Positions 52,755 through 63,568 of a DNA stretch of 64,000 nt are shown here, in pieces. Made by a program: the position numbers and the translations under genes. Source of the DNA: an uncultured Gemmatimonadaceae bacterium. Lineage in GTDB: Bacteria > Gemmatimonadota > Gemmatimonadetes > Gemmatimonadales > Gemmatimonadaceae. The notes under the pieces were generated by a model that searched no databases, had not been told where the DNA came from, and saw only the letters and a program-made list of their open reading frames with translations. The stretch's first letter is position 1. Each line of letters starts with the position of its first letter. The stretch spans positions 1,920,001 through 1,984,000 of the forward strand of contig CAWJMB010000002.1 of the NCBI GenBank assembly GCA_963843845.1, written 5' to 3'.

Positions 52755-53830
52755 CGGTGCCTAACGCGGCGGAGGTCGCGGAGCGGATCTGGTTCGGACG
52801 CGGCGCGGCATCGGCGGCCATGCGCGCAGTGCTGCGTCCGGCGTCGTTCTCGTTCGGCGCCGTCGTGCGTGCGCGGAACCTGCTCTACGATCGCGGCATC
52901 GTGCGCGCCGAGTCGTTAGGCATCCCGTCGATCTCCGTCGGGAACCTGACGGTGGGCGGCACCGGGAAGACGCCCGTCTCGGCGTGGATCGCGTCGCGGC
53001 TCGCAGAGGCCGGCGCGACCCCGGCGATAGCGCTGCGCGGGTACGGCGGCGACGAGCCACTGGTGCACGCGCTGCTGAATCCGACGATCCCGGTGGTGGC
53101 GAACGCAGACCGGCGGATCGCGGCGCGCGACGCGGCGGGGCGCGGCGCAGACGTGCTCGTGCTCGACGACGCGTTCCAGCACAGGCGCGTACGGCGCGAC
53201 GTCGACCTCGTGCTCGTCAGCGCCGAGCAGTGCGAGACGCGTGAGCGGCTGCTGCCCGCGGGCCCGTATCGTGAGCGGGCCGCGGCGCTCGGCCGCGCGA
53301 CCGCGGTCGTGGTCACCCGAAAGACTGCCTCGGACGCTGCGGTGCGGCGTGCGGTCGAGTGGGTCGTCGGTCGTGGCGGCGTCGCCCGGCCGGACGTCGC
53401 GACGATCGCGCTCACGCTGGACGCGCTGACGGCGTGGACGGGCAACGACCACGAGCGTGCGAGCGCGGCGCGCGAGTCGCCGGTTCACGCGTCGGTCACA
53501 GACTTGAACGGCCGACGCGTGCTCGCGATCGCCGCGATCGGCGCGCCGCACGCGTTCTTCGCGCAGCTCGCGTCACATGGCGCGCAGGTCGACGGCGTGC
53601 ACTTCGCCGATCACCACGCGTTCTCGCCGCGCGATGTCGTCGAGCTCGCGCGTCGCGCCGACGGTGCCGACCGCGTGGTGTGCACGCTCAAGGATGCCGT
53701 GAAGCTCGGCCCACGGTGGCCTCGCCTTGCGCCGACCCTTTGGTATGTTTCTCAGCGCCTTACCGTCGAGGACGGGCATGCGTTGCTCGACACGCTCTTC
53801 GCGCGGCTGCTCGATCTGCGCGCGCGCTAG
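52751..53830 (+). CDS. lpxK: Tetraacyldisaccharide 4'-kinase
   Basis: VGNLTVGGTGKTP, RGYG, DDAFQH, LLPAGPYRE, DHH and TLKDAVK. Confidence 0.95.
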   Translation: MTVPNAAEVAERIWFGRGAASAAMRAVLRPASFSFGAVVRARNLLYDRGIVRAESLGIPSISVGNLTVGGTGKTPVSAWIASRLAEAGATPAIALRGYGGDEPLVHALLNPTIPVVANADRRIAARDAAGRGADVLVLDDAFQHRRVRRDVDLVLVSAEQCETRERLLPAGPYRERAAALGRATAVVVTRKTASDAAVRRAVEWVVGRGGVARPDVATIALTLDALTAWTGNDHERASAARESPVHASVTDLNGRRVLAIAAIGAPHAFFAQLASHGAQVDGVHFADHHAFSPRDVVELARRADGADRVVCTLKDAVKLGPRWPRLAPTLWYVSQRLTVEDGHALLDTLFARLLDLRAR

Positions 53831-53869
53831 ACACCGACCCTCAGCCCGGCGCCAGCCGGACGTACCCCT

Positions 53870-55177
53870 ATGGGCACTGATCTTCGTCTTCCGACCGCGA
53901 ACATCGTCCGCCCCGATAAAGACCGCTTCCTGAACGAGGAGAATCCCTTCGAGGCGATGATGTCGCGCTTCGATCGCGCGGCCACCCTCCTCGACCTCGA
54001 TCCCGGGATCTACCAGGTCCTGCGCCACGCCGAGAAGCAGATCACGATCAGCATTCCGGTCGCGATGGACTCGGGCGAGGTGAAGGTGTTCACCGGGTAC
54101 CGCGTGCTCTACAACACGTCCCGCGGCCCCGCGAAGGGTGGTATCCGCTTCGACCTGGCGGTCACGCTCGACGAGGTCACGGCGCTCGCCGCCTGGATGA
54201 CGTGGAAGTGCGCCGTCGTGAACCTGCCGTTCGGCGGCTCGAAAGGCGGCGTCGTCTGCGACCCGATCCAGATGAGTGTCGGCGAACTGGAGCGCCTCAC
54301 GCGCCGCTACACGGCAGGCATCATCTCGACGCTCGGCCCCGACTCGGACGTGCCGGCGCCCGACGTGAACACGAACGAGCGCGTGATGGCGTGGGTCATG
54401 GATACCTATTCCATGCACATGCGCCACACGGTCACGTCGGTCGTCACCGGCAAGCCGGTGGAGATGGGCGGTTCGTTAGGCAGGCGCGAGGCGACGGGGC
54501 GCGGGTGCATGATCGTCACCATGCAGGCCCTCGAGCACCTCGGCATGGCGGTGAGTGGGACGACGGTCGCGGTGCAGGGGTTCGGAAACGTCGGATCGGT
54601 CGCTGCGCAACTGCTTCGTCGCGCGGGGTGCAAGATCGTCGCGATCAGCGACCGCACGGGCGGGGTGCACAACCCGAACGGCATCGACATCGATGCGGCG
54701 ATCGCGCACGTGCAGACGCACCGCACGCTCGACGGATTCGCGGGCGGCGGCGCGATCACGAACGATGAGCTTCTCACGCTCGACGTCGACGTCCTGCTGC
54801 CCGCCGCGCTCGAGAACGTCATCACGAGCAAGAACGCCTCGAAGATCCGCGCGAAGATCATCTGCGAGGGGGCGAACGGCCCGACGACGGCCGGTGCCGA
54901 CGCGATCCTGGACGAGAAAGGGATCTTCGTCATCCCCGACATCCTCGCGAACGCCGGCGGCGTCACGGTCTCCTACTTCGAGTGGGTGCAGGACCGCGGT
55001 GGCTACTTCTGGTCCGAGTCGACCGTCAACGAGCGCCTCGAAGACATCATGGTGCGCAGCTTTCAGGACGTGCTGAAGCTGTCCACGCAGCACCGGGTGA
55101 ACATGCGCACCGCCGCCTACATGCTCGCGATCAGCCGCGTCGCGACGGTCCACCGCCTCCGCGGCATCTACGCCTGA
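53870..55177 (+). CDS. gdhA: Glu/Leu/Phe/Val dehydrogenase (glutamate dehydrogenase)
   Basis: [39 protein letters not shown] and [13 protein letters not shown]. Confidence 0.95.
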   Translation: MGTDLRLPTANIVRPDKDRFLNEENPFEAMMSRFDRAATLLDLDPGIYQVLRHAEKQITISIPVAMDSGEVKVFTGYRVLYNTSRGPAKGGIRFDLAVTLDEVTALAAWMTWKCAVVNLPFGGSKGGVVCDPIQMSVGELERLTRRYTAGIISTLGPDSDVPAPDVNTNERVMAWVMDTYSMHMRHTVTSVVTGKPVEMGGSLGRREATGRGCMIVTMQALEHLGMAVSGTTVAVQGFGNVGSVAAQLLRRAGCKIVAISDRTGGVHNPNGIDIDAAIAHVQTHRTLDGFAGGGAITNDELLTLDVDVLLPAALENVITSKNASKIRAKIICEGANGPTTAGADAILDEKGIFVIPDILANAGGVTVSYFEWVQDRGGYFWSESTVNERLEDIMVRSFQDVLKLSTQHRVNMRTAAYMLAISRVATVHRLRGIYA

Positions 55178-55213
55178 GGGCGGTCGGCTCCGGGGCGCGC
55201 CGCCGACGCGGTC

Positions 55214-55678
55214 GTGCAGATCGTCGTCGCCGTGGTCGGCCGCGCGCAGGGCAGCATCGCCGAGAGCGTTCACGATTTCGAGATGCGGGCGGCGCGCTAC
55301 TGGCCGCTCCACGTCAGAGAAGTGCGATCCGAACCGGCGCGGAGCACGCTGCCCGAACACGTGAAGGCGCGCGAGGCTGAACGGCTCGCCGACGCGCTGC
55401 CGTCGACAGCGGTCATCGTGGCGTGCGACGAGCGCGGCGCCGGCTGGACCTCGGACGCGTTCGCGCGATGGCTCCAATCGCAGCGGGAGAGCGCACGCGA
55501 CGTCGCCTTCGTCATCGGGGGCGCGTTCGGGCTCGACGCCTCGCTCGTCGCCCGTGCCACGGTTCGCCTATCCCTCGCACCGTGGACGCTGCCCCACGAT
55601 CTCGCCCGCCTCGTGCTCGCCGAGCAGCTGTATCGGGCGGGGACGATCGTGCGCGGCGAGCCGTATCACAAGGTGTGA
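55214..55678 (+). CDS. rlmH: 23S rRNA (pseudouridine-1915-N3)-methyltransferase
   Basis: DERG, FVIGGAFG, TLPHDLARLVLAEQLYRA and PYHK. Confidence 0.95.
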   Translation: MQIVVAVVGRAQGSIAESVHDFEMRAARYWPLHVREVRSEPARSTLPEHVKAREAERLADALPSTAVIVACDERGAGWTSDAFARWLQSQRESARDVAFVIGGAFGLDASLVARATVRLSLAPWTLPHDLARLVLAEQLYRAGTIVRGEPYHKV

Positions 55679-55746
55679 ACCGTCGCGCCCGACCGTACCT
55701 TTCTCGCGTTCCACCGCCCACCGTTCACCCGATCGTCTTAACAGCA

Positions 55747-57387
55747 ATGTCCGACGCCGTGACGCCCTCCGCTGCGCCCGAAGTGCGCACCGAACCGCTC
55801 GGCGGGTCGGCGCTGTCTCGCGCGTTGCAAGCCGGAACGGCGCCGCACGAGTGGATGGAGGCGTCGCCGGCGTCACGTGAGGCGTGGCGCTCTCGCGCCG
55901 AGTCCGTGCGAACGGCCTACGCCGCCGGCGCGTGGCTCCAGCTGCTCGAGCCGGCGTTCGCGGCGAGCGGACGCGCCGCCGAACGTCTCGAGCGCGTCTC
56001 CCGCGGCGCCGGGGTGGTCGTGACGACAGGTCAGCAGCCCGGCTTGTTCGGGGGGCCGCTCTACACGCTGTCGAAGGCGATCAGCGCGCTCGCGCTCGCG
56101 GACGAGTTGGAGGACGCGACCGGCATCCCGGCGGCGCCCGTGTTCTGGGCGGCGACCGACGACGCCGACTTCGCCGAGGCGAGCTACACGATCGTCTCGG
56201 GGACGCACGGCGCGACCACGCTGCGGGCGCGCGCGACGGCGCTCGACGGCACGCCGATGTCGTCCGTTCCCCTCGGCGATGACGTGGCGGCCCTGGTCGA
56301 CGCGCTGCGTGCAGTGAGCGGGTCGGCGCCTAACGATTCCGTGCTCGCGGCGCTCGCGAGGGCGTACGAACCGGGGGGTACGGTGGGCGGCGCGTACGTC
56401 GCGCTGATGCGCGCCGTGCTCGAACCCCTCGGCGTCGCCGTGCTCGACGCGTCGCATCCCGCGACGCGCGAGGCCGGCTTCCACACCCTGCGGCGCGCGC
56501 TACTCCAATCCTCGGACGTCGAGCGGGCACTGAACGAGCGCACCGACGCCATCCGCGCGGCCGGGTTCACGCCGCAGGTGGAACAGGTACCAGGACTCTC
56601 GCTCGTCTTTCGGTACCAGCCCGACGATCGCAAGGCGCGTGTGCCGGTCGCCGACGCGCGAGCGCTCGTCACCAAGGTGCGCCACGGCGAGCTCGGGCCG
56701 AACGTGCTGCTGCGCCCCGTGGTCGAGCGCGCGATCCTTCCGACCGTCGCGTACGTCGCGGGTCCCGGCGAGCTCGCATACTTCGCGCAGGTCCGCGCCG
56801 TCGCGCAGGCGCTCGGCGCGGCGCAACCGCTCGCGGTTCCCAGGTGGTCCGGCACGGTCATCGAACCCGGCGTCCGCCGCGCACTCGATCGACTCGGCCT
56901 CACGGCGAGCGACCTCGCGGACCACCACGCGGTCGAAGCGCGCATCGCCGAGACGCGACTGCCGGACGGGGTGCGCGGCGTGTTCGACGCGATGCGTGCC
57001 CAGCTGCGCGCTCACGCGGCAGCGCTACACGCCGTCGGCCACGCACAACTCGCGGACGCTGCAGCGGCGGCGATCGTCAGCGTTCCCACGCGAGCCGTCG
57101 ACGGCGCGTTCGCGTCGCTCGCGCATCGTGTGGACCGCCTGGAGCGCCGGTACGTCGCGGCCGCGAAGCGCGTCGATGACGCGGCCGCGCGCGACCTCGC
57201 GTTCGCGCGTGGCTCGCTCTACCCGACCGGCACCCGGCAGGAGCGTGCTCTGAACGCGGTTCCGCTCCTCGCGCGTTACGGCGACGCGCTGACGACCGCG
57301 ATGCTCCGCAACGCGCGGCGCCATGCGCGTTCGGTCGTCGACCCGCCCCCGACGATGAGACACGGTGAGAGCGGCATCGGTGACTGA
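55747..57387 (+). CDS. bshC: Bacillithiol biosynthesis cysteine-adding enzyme BshC
   Basis: VTTGQQPGLFGGPLYT, PVFWAATDDADFAE, PNVLLRP, YVAGPGELAYFAQ and QER. ATG at 55747. Confidence 0.88.
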   Translation: MSDAVTPSAAPEVRTEPLGGSALSRALQAGTAPHEWMEASPASREAWRSRAESVRTAYAAGAWLQLLEPAFAASGRAAERLERVSRGAGVVVTTGQQPGLFGGPLYTLSKAISALALADELEDATGIPAAPVFWAATDDADFAEASYTIVSGTHGATTLRARATALDGTPMSSVPLGDDVAALVDALRAVSGSAPNDSVLAALARAYEPGGTVGGAYVALMRAVLEPLGVAVLDASHPATREAGFHTLRRALLQSSDVERALNERTDAIRAAGFTPQVEQVPGLSLVFRYQPDDRKARVPVADARALVTKVRHGELGPNVLLRPVVERAILPTVAYVAGPGELAYFAQVRAVAQALGAAQPLAVPRWSGTVIEPGVRRALDRLGLTASDLADHHAVEARIAETRLPDGVRGVFDAMRAQLRAHAAALHAVGHAQLADAAAAAIVSVPTRAVDGAFASLAHRVDRLERRYVAAAKRVDDAAARDLAFARGSLYPTGTRQERALNAVPLLARYGDALTTAMLRNARRHARSVVDPPPTMRHGESGIGD

Positions 57388-58999
57388 TGCCCGCTGACGC
57401 GCGGCCGCCGCGACGCGTCGCCGCGGCTGCGCTCGTCGCGTTAGGCATCTTCCTCTCGCGCGTCTTCGGTCTCGTTCGCAGCCGGGCGATGGCGCGCTAC
57501 CTCGGCACGACCGATGCCGCCGACGCGTTCACGTCGGCGCTGCGCATCCCGAACGTCTTGCAGAACCTGTTCGGTGAAGGGGTGCTCTCGGCATCGTTCA
57601 TCCCCGTGTACGCGAAGCTGCTCGCCGAGGAACGGAATGAAGAGGCGGACCGCGTCGCCGGCGCGGTGCTGGGCCTGCTCGCGGCGACCGTGACGTTGCT
57701 CGTCGCGGCCGGCGTGCTCGCGACGCCGTTCTTCGTCGACACGATCGCGTCCGGCTTCTCCGGTGAGAAGCGTGAGCTGACCGTCCGCCTCGTGCGCATC
57801 CTCTTTCCGGGCACGGGGCTGCTCGTCCTGTCCGCGTGGTGTCTCGGTGTGCTGAACAGCCACCGCCATTTCTTCCTCTCGTACGCGGCCCCGATCGTCT
57901 GGAACCTGGCGATCATCGCCGGGCTCGTGATCGGTGCGCGCAGCGGACTGCGCGGCGGCGCACTCGTCACTCGGGTCGCGTGGTGGACCGTCGCGGGAAG
58001 CTTCCTGCAAGTCGCCGTGCAGCTTCCCGTCGCGTTCCGACGACTCGGCCGCTTCCGCCCGTCGCTCGACACGACGCTGCCGCACGTGCGGACCGTGGTG
58101 CGCAACTTCGTCCCGGTCTTCTTCGGACGCGGCGCCGTGCAGATCAGCGCCTACGTCGACATGAACTTCGCGAGTCAGCTCGGCACGGGCGCGCAAGCGG
58201 CGCTCGGCTACGCGCAGGCGATCTACCTGCTTCCGATCGGGCTGTTCGGGATGTCCGTCTCCGCTGCGCAGCTTCCGTCGATGTCGGGCGAGTTAGGGAC
58301 CGACGCGGAGGTGTGCGCGGCGCTCCGATCGCGCCTGCTCGCCGGGCTCCGACAGGTCGCGTTCTTCGTCGTTCCGTCTGCGGTCGCCTTTCTCGCGCTG
58401 GGCGACATCATCACCGCGCTGATCTATCAGAGCGGCGCGTTCCGCCGCGGACAGACGGTGTACGTGTGGGGGATCCTCGCCGGGTCCGCGGTCGGGTTAC
58501 TCGCGACGACCCTCGCGCGGCTGTACTCGTCGACGTTCTACGCCCTCAAGGATACGCGCACGCCGTTGCGCTACGCGCTCGTGCGCATCGCGCTCACCAT
58601 CGCACTCGGCTGGGTGTTCGCCTTCCCGCTCCCGCCGCTCCTTGGCCTCGACCGCGGTGGGGTGTGGCCGGGTTGACGGTCTCGTCGGGCATCGCCGGGT
58701 GGATCGAGTTCATCCTGCTGCGTGACCGCCTCGCGAAGCGGATCGGGACGCTCGCCGTCGCCGCTGCGGCTCACGCTCGGACTGTGGTTCGCGGCCGGCA
58801 TCGCGGCAGCGTGCGCATGGGGTGTGAAGCTCGCCGTCGGCGTGAGCCGGCCGTGGCTGGGCGGCGCGACGATTCTGGCGGTCTACGGATCGTCTACGCC
58901 GGCGTCACGTACGCCTCGAAAGTTCCAGAAGCGCACGCTCTGGTTCAGCGCGCGATGCGCCGGGGCGCCCGACGGACGACGCCGTCGTCGCCCGCGTGA
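57387..58999 (+). CDS. murJ: Lipid II flippase MurJ, with about three apparent indels near the 3' end (about 58652, 58755, 58888)
   Basis: SRVFGLVR, RIPN...LFGEG.LSASFIP, LPIGLFG and FYALKDTRTP. The C-terminal helices alternate between ORFs 57836 and 58722. Confidence 0.92.
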
Positions 59000-59056
59000 C
59001 GTCGCCGCCGCGGCGAGCGTCGGGAACGCGCCGGTGAGTCACAGGTACAGGTAGGC

Positions 59057-60928
59057 ATGATCCCAGCGCCCGACCTCGTCGCCTCCAAACTGCTCCACCT
59101 CCCGGAATCGCCCGGCGTCTACCTGTGGAAGGACGCCGACGGGACGGTGCTGTACGTGGGGAAGGCGAAGCGCCTCCGCTCACGCGTTCGCAACTACTTC
59201 GCGAGCGATCACGCCGAGAGCCCGAAGACGCGCGCGCTCGTGCGCGGCATTCGGGACGTGGAGACGATCGTCGTGCCGACCGAGGCGCATGCGCTGATCC
59301 TCGAGGCGAACCTCATCAAGGAGTACAAGCCGCGCTTCAACATCGCGCTCCGCGACGACAAGTCGTACCCGTACATCAAGGTCACCGTCAACGAGGCGTT
59401 CCCGCGCGTCTACGTCACGCGCCGCCTCGTGAACGACGGAGCGCGCTACTTCGGTCCGTACACCGATGTCGGTGCGATGCGGCGCGCGCTGAACGTGGTC
59501 AAGCGGATCTTCACGGTACGGTCGTGCAACTACGACATGCCGCGAGAGATGCCCGAGCGCGCATGCCTCGACTTCGCGATCAAGCGATGCAAGGCGCCCT
59601 GCATCTTCAACCAGACGCGGGACGATTACGCCGCCATGATCGATGAGGTCCTCGTCTTTCTCGATGGAAAGACCGACGAGGTGAAGCGGCGGATCGGTGA
59701 CCGGATGCGGGCGGCGGCCGAGTCGCTCGACTTCGAGCGCGCGGGCGAGTTGCGGGACGCGCTGCGCCACCTCGATCGGATGCAGGAGCCGACCGTCGTA
59801 CTCGAGATCGAAGGCGGGGACCGCGATGTGGTCGGGTATGCGCGCGACGGCGACGACGCGTGCGTCGCCGTCATGCGCATCCGCGGTGGCAAGTTGCTCG
59901 CGCGGGAGCACCGCTTCATGGAGAACATCGACGGTGCGGAGGACGGCGAGGTGTTGGGCGCCTTCCTCGCCCGCGCGTACCTCGGCGCGCCGGAGCGCTC
60001 CTCCGAGCTGCTCGTGCCATTCGAGTTCGCGGATCGCGAGGCGCTCGAGGCATCGCTCGAGAAGACGCGCGTGCACCTGCCGCAGCGCGGCTCGCGGCGC
60101 CAGCTCGTCGACCTCGCGCAGTCGAATGCGCGCCATCTGCTCGAGGAGTTCAAGCTCGCAGCCATGGAGGCCGACGAGCGCGCCGCCGACCCCGTCTACG
60201 AACTGCAGCGCGAGCTCGGGCTCCGGCGACTGCCACGGTCGCTCGTGTGCTTCGACATCTCGCACGCGCAGGGAACCGATACGGTCGCGTCGTGCGTCTG
60301 GTTCGAGAACGGCCGCGCGAAGCGATCGGAATACCGCAAGTTCAAAGTCGAGTCCGTCGTCGGGATCGACGATTTCGCGTCGATGCGTGAAGTCGTCGGC
60401 CGCTATTTCCGGCGGCGGCGCGACGAGGAACGTCCGATCCCCGATCTCGTCGTGATCGACGGCGGAAAGGGACAGCTCAGCGCGGCACGCGAGGCGCTCG
60501 AGGCGTTGGACATGCGCGACCAGGCGATCATCTCGCTCGCGAAGCGAGACGAGGAAGTGTTCGTCGTCGGGCGCAGTGACCCGATCCGCATCTCACGGCG
60601 ATCGCCGGCGCTGCGGATGCTCCAGCAGGCACGCGACGAGGCGCACCGATTCGCCGTGACGTTCCAGCGGAAACGCCGCTCGGTCCGCACGGTGACCTCG
60701 GCGCTGATGAGCATCCCCGGTGTGGGGCCGACGAAGCGGCGGCAGCTGCTTCAGGCGTTCGGCAGTATCCAGGGCGTGAGCGCCGCCTCGCCCGAGCAGA
60801 TCGCCGAACTCCCGGGTTGGAGCGTGGGATCGGCCGTGAAGCTGCTCGCGGCGCTCGCGGATGCGTCGCCGACGCGGGCCGCCGCGCCCGCCGAGACGTC
60901 GGTCGAGGCGCCTGCCGTCGACGGGTGA
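59057..60928 (+). CDS. uvrC: Excinuclease ABC subunit C
   Basis: GIY-YIG (PGVY...YVGKAK), DDKSYPYI, FGPY, a four-Cys cluster, CFDISH, IDGGKGQL, RDEAHRFA and HhH. Confidence 0.98.
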   Translation: MIPAPDLVASKLLHLPESPGVYLWKDADGTVLYVGKAKRLRSRVRNYFASDHAESPKTRALVRGIRDVETIVVPTEAHALILEANLIKEYKPRFNIALRDDKSYPYIKVTVNEAFPRVYVTRRLVNDGARYFGPYTDVGAMRRALNVVKRIFTVRSCNYDMPREMPERACLDFAIKRCKAPCIFNQTRDDYAAMIDEVLVFLDGKTDEVKRRIGDRMRAAAESLDFERAGELRDALRHLDRMQEPTVVLEIEGGDRDVVGYARDGDDACVAVMRIRGGKLLAREHRFMENIDGAEDGEVLGAFLARAYLGAPERSSELLVPFEFADREALEASLEKTRVHLPQRGSRRQLVDLAQSNARHLLEEFKLAAMEADERAADPVYELQRELGLRRLPRSLVCFDISHAQGTDTVASCVWFENGRAKRSEYRKFKVESVVGIDDFASMREVVGRYFRRRRDEERPIPDLVVIDGGKGQLSAAREALEALDMRDQAIISLAKRDEEVFVVGRSDPIRISRRSPALRMLQQARDEAHRFAVTFQRKRRSVRTVTSALMSIPGVGPTKRRQLLQAFGSIQGVSAASPEQIAELPGWSVGSAVKLLAALADASPTRAAAPAETSVEAPAVDG

Positions 60929-60986
60929 GTCGTGACACGACCGGTGCGCGCGGTTAGCGTTCCGCCCGACCTCGACCCGCGACGCC

Positions 60987-62132
60987 GTGCCTACCTGGAC
61001 TCTCTCCTGTTCGTCGTGCGACTACGCCCAGCCGGGCGATCAGCGCGCCAACGTCTGCCCCAAGTGCGGGCAGCCGCTCTTCGCTCACTACGATCGCGTC
61101 GAGCGTGGCGCGATCACGGCCCGATGGGACCTGTGGCGCTACGCCGCGGCCCTTCCGCTCGCGGACGGCGAGTCGCCGGTCGCGCTCGGCGAAGGGCTCA
61201 CACCGATGATCGATGCGCCGGCCCTTGCACGCGCCATCGGCGTGCGCCGGCTGTGGATCAAGGACGAAGGGCAGAACCCGACGGCGAGCTTCAAGGCGCG
61301 AGGGATGAGCGCCGCCGTCACGCGGGCGAAGGCGCTCGGCGCGGCGGGGCTCGTCGTGCCGACGGCGGGTAACGCCGGCGCGGCCATCGCAGCGTACGGC
61401 GCGGCTGCTGCACTCCCCGTGCGGGTCTACGCGCCGCGGACGACGCCGTTCCCGATCCTCAACACCATCCGCGCGCTGGGCGCCGACCTCCAGACGATCG
61501 ACGGCCACATCGGCGACGCGGGGAAGCTCGCTGCCGCGTTCGCCGGCGAGAGCGACTTCTTCAACGTGAGCACGCTCCGCGAGCCGTACCGCGTCGAAGG
61601 GATGAAGACGATGGGCTACGAAGTCGCCGAACAGCTCGGGTGGCGCCTGCCCGATGCGATCGTGTATCCGACGGGGGGCGGGGAAGGGACCGTCGGCATC
61701 TGGAAGGCGATCGCGGAGATGCGCGCGTGGGGATGGGTGGCGTCCGAGGCGCCGCGCCCGCGGATGATCGTCGCGCAGAGCGCCGGGTGCGCGCCGATCG
61801 TGCGGGCGTTCCGGGCGGGGCAGTCGCACGCGACGCCATGGGAGGGGCCCGTCACCTACGCCGCGGGCCTCCGCGTTCCCGGCCCGTTGGGCGACCGTCT
61901 CCTGCTCCGCACCCTGGCGGAGAGCGGCGGTGACGCCGAGGCAGTCGACGACGACACGATCCGCGCGGCGACGTCGCAGCTCGCCGCCGCGACCGGCATC
62001 GACGCGGCGCCGGAAGGCGGCTGCGCGCTCGCCGCGACGCAACGGCTCGTCGCGGAAGGGCGGCTGTCGCGCGACGCCGAAGTCGTGCTGTTCAACACGG
62101 GCAGCGGAGCGTCGTACCGACTCGAACACTGA
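60987..62132 (+). CDS. Threonine synthase-like PLP enzyme (fold type II) with an N-terminal CxxC...CxxC
   Basis: LWRY, LGEGLTP, NPTASFKARG, GNAG, EGMKT, PTGGG and FNTGSG. Confidence 0.85.
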   Translation: MPTWTLSCSSCDYAQPGDQRANVCPKCGQPLFAHYDRVERGAITARWDLWRYAAALPLADGESPVALGEGLTPMIDAPALARAIGVRRLWIKDEGQNPTASFKARGMSAAVTRAKALGAAGLVVPTAGNAGAAIAAYGAAAALPVRVYAPRTTPFPILNTIRALGADLQTIDGHIGDAGKLAAAFAGESDFFNVSTLREPYRVEGMKTMGYEVAEQLGWRLPDAIVYPTGGGEGTVGIWKAIAEMRAWGWVASEAPRPRMIVAQSAGCAPIVRAFRAGQSHATPWEGPVTYAAGLRVPGPLGDRLLLRTLAESGGDAEAVDDDTIRAATSQLAAATGIDAAPEGGCALAATQRLVAEGRLSRDAEVVLFNTGSGASYRLEH

Positions 62133-62173
62133 GAGTCCGCTCTCGCGATGACGGCGTAAGTCTTTGCTGCGCC

Positions 62174-62202
62174 TTGCTTTCGGAGATCTGATCTCCTAAG
62201 TT
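62174..62202 (+). promoter_or_regulatory. Putative sigma70 promoter for DUF512-der
   Basis: TTGCTT-N17-TAAGTT upstream of an AGGAGG SD. Confidence 0.55.
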
Positions 62203-62258
62203 GCATGACTTCGGGCGCCGCGCGGTCGCGGCGCCGCTCGGTCACTCAGGAGGCCCGC

Positions 62259-63551
62259 GTGGTTCGCGTCTCGAAGGTCCATCCAGCCAGCATCGCCGAC
62301 GAGCTGGGCGTCGTGGCCGGGACGCAACTGCTGACGGTGAATGGCCGCGAGCTCGCGGATTTCCTCGACTGGGAATTCCTCGGCGCCGACGACGAACTCG
62401 TCATCGAGGCGCGGACGCCGACCGGCGAGGACGTCGTCTACGAGATCGAGCGCGATCCCGGCGAGCCGTTCGGGATCGAGCTCGAGCCGCCCACGGTACG
62501 GCGCTGCGCGAACCGGTGCGAGTTCTGCTTCATCGAGGGGCTGCCGAAGGGGTTGCGCAAGAACCTGTACGTGCGGGATGACGACTACCGGCTGTCGTTC
62601 GCGTACGGCAACTTCGCGACGCTCTCGAATCTCAAGGACCGGGACTTCGCGCGCATCATCGAGTACCGACTCTCTCCGCTCTACGTGTCGGTGCACGCCA
62701 CGCCCTGGGAAGCGCGCAAGGTGCTGCTGAACAACCCGCGCGCACCGAACATCGTCGAGCAGCTCGCGCGATTGCGATCGGGCGGCATTCAGCTGCATGC
62801 GCAGATGGTGATCGTGCCGGGACTGAACGACGGCGACGTCCTCGAAGCCTCGTTCACCGATCTCTGGAACCTCGGCGACACGGTCCTCTCGGTCGCGATC
62901 GTCCCGGTCGGGACGACACAGTTCTCGCATCTCTACGACGGCAAGCCGATGGACGCCGACAACGCGGGCCGCCTGCTCGACGTCGTCGAGCGCTGGGAGA
63001 CGCGCGCGCTCGCCGAGCGTGGCGAGCGATGGGTCTACGGCTCGGACGAGCTCTATCTGCTCGCTGGCCGGCCGCTCCCGGGCGTGGAGCACTACGGCGA
63101 CTTCTCGCAGATCGAGAACGGCGTCGGCGCGGTCACCGCGCTGCGGCAGCGCGTGGCCGAGGGGGTCGCGGAGCTCCCGCGCCTCGACGGCCGCCGGATC
63201 GGCGTCGTCACCGGTGTGTCGATGGCGCCGCTCATGCCCGCGCTTCTCGAACGGCTCGCGCAGCAGACTGGCGCGACGTTCGAGCTGATTCCGACCACGA
63301 ACTCGTTGTTCGGCGACACGGTCACGACGGCGGGACTCCTCGTCGGTGCGGACGTTCGTCGTGCGCTGCACGGCCGTCACGACCTCGACCTCGCGCTCAT
63401 CCCCGCGGAGACCATCAACGACGCGGGACTGTTCCTCGACGATGAGCCGTTCGTCGTCGTGCGCGAGTCGCTGCCGATGCCGGTCTATCCGTCGTACGAT
63501 TTTCTCGACGTGCTGTCGCTGGAAGGCGAGCCGTCCCTCCTCGCCGCCTAA
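62259..63551 (+). CDS. PDZ-containing DUF512 radical SAM-like Fe-S protein
   Basis: N-terminal PDZ-like SIADELG, CANRCEFC, DDDYRLSF, LSPLYVSVH, QIENGVG and AGLL. AGGAGG SD before GTG 62259. Confidence 0.9.
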   Translation: MVRVSKVHPASIADELGVVAGTQLLTVNGRELADFLDWEFLGADDELVIEARTPTGEDVVYEIERDPGEPFGIELEPPTVRRCANRCEFCFIEGLPKGLRKNLYVRDDDYRLSFAYGNFATLSNLKDRDFARIIEYRLSPLYVSVHATPWEARKVLLNNPRAPNIVEQLARLRSGGIQLHAQMVIVPGLNDGDVLEASFTDLWNLGDTVLSVAIVPVGTTQFSHLYDGKPMDADNAGRLLDVVERWETRALAERGERWVYGSDELYLLAGRPLPGVEHYGDFSQIENGVGAVTALRQRVAEGVAELPRLDGRRIGVVTGVSMAPLMPALLERLAQQTGATFELIPTTNSLFGDTVTTAGLLVGADVRRALHGRHDLDLALIPAETINDAGLFLDDEPFVVVRESLPMPVYPSYDFLDVLSLEGEPSLLAA

Positions 63552-63568
63552 CGACCGCCTCACCGCTC

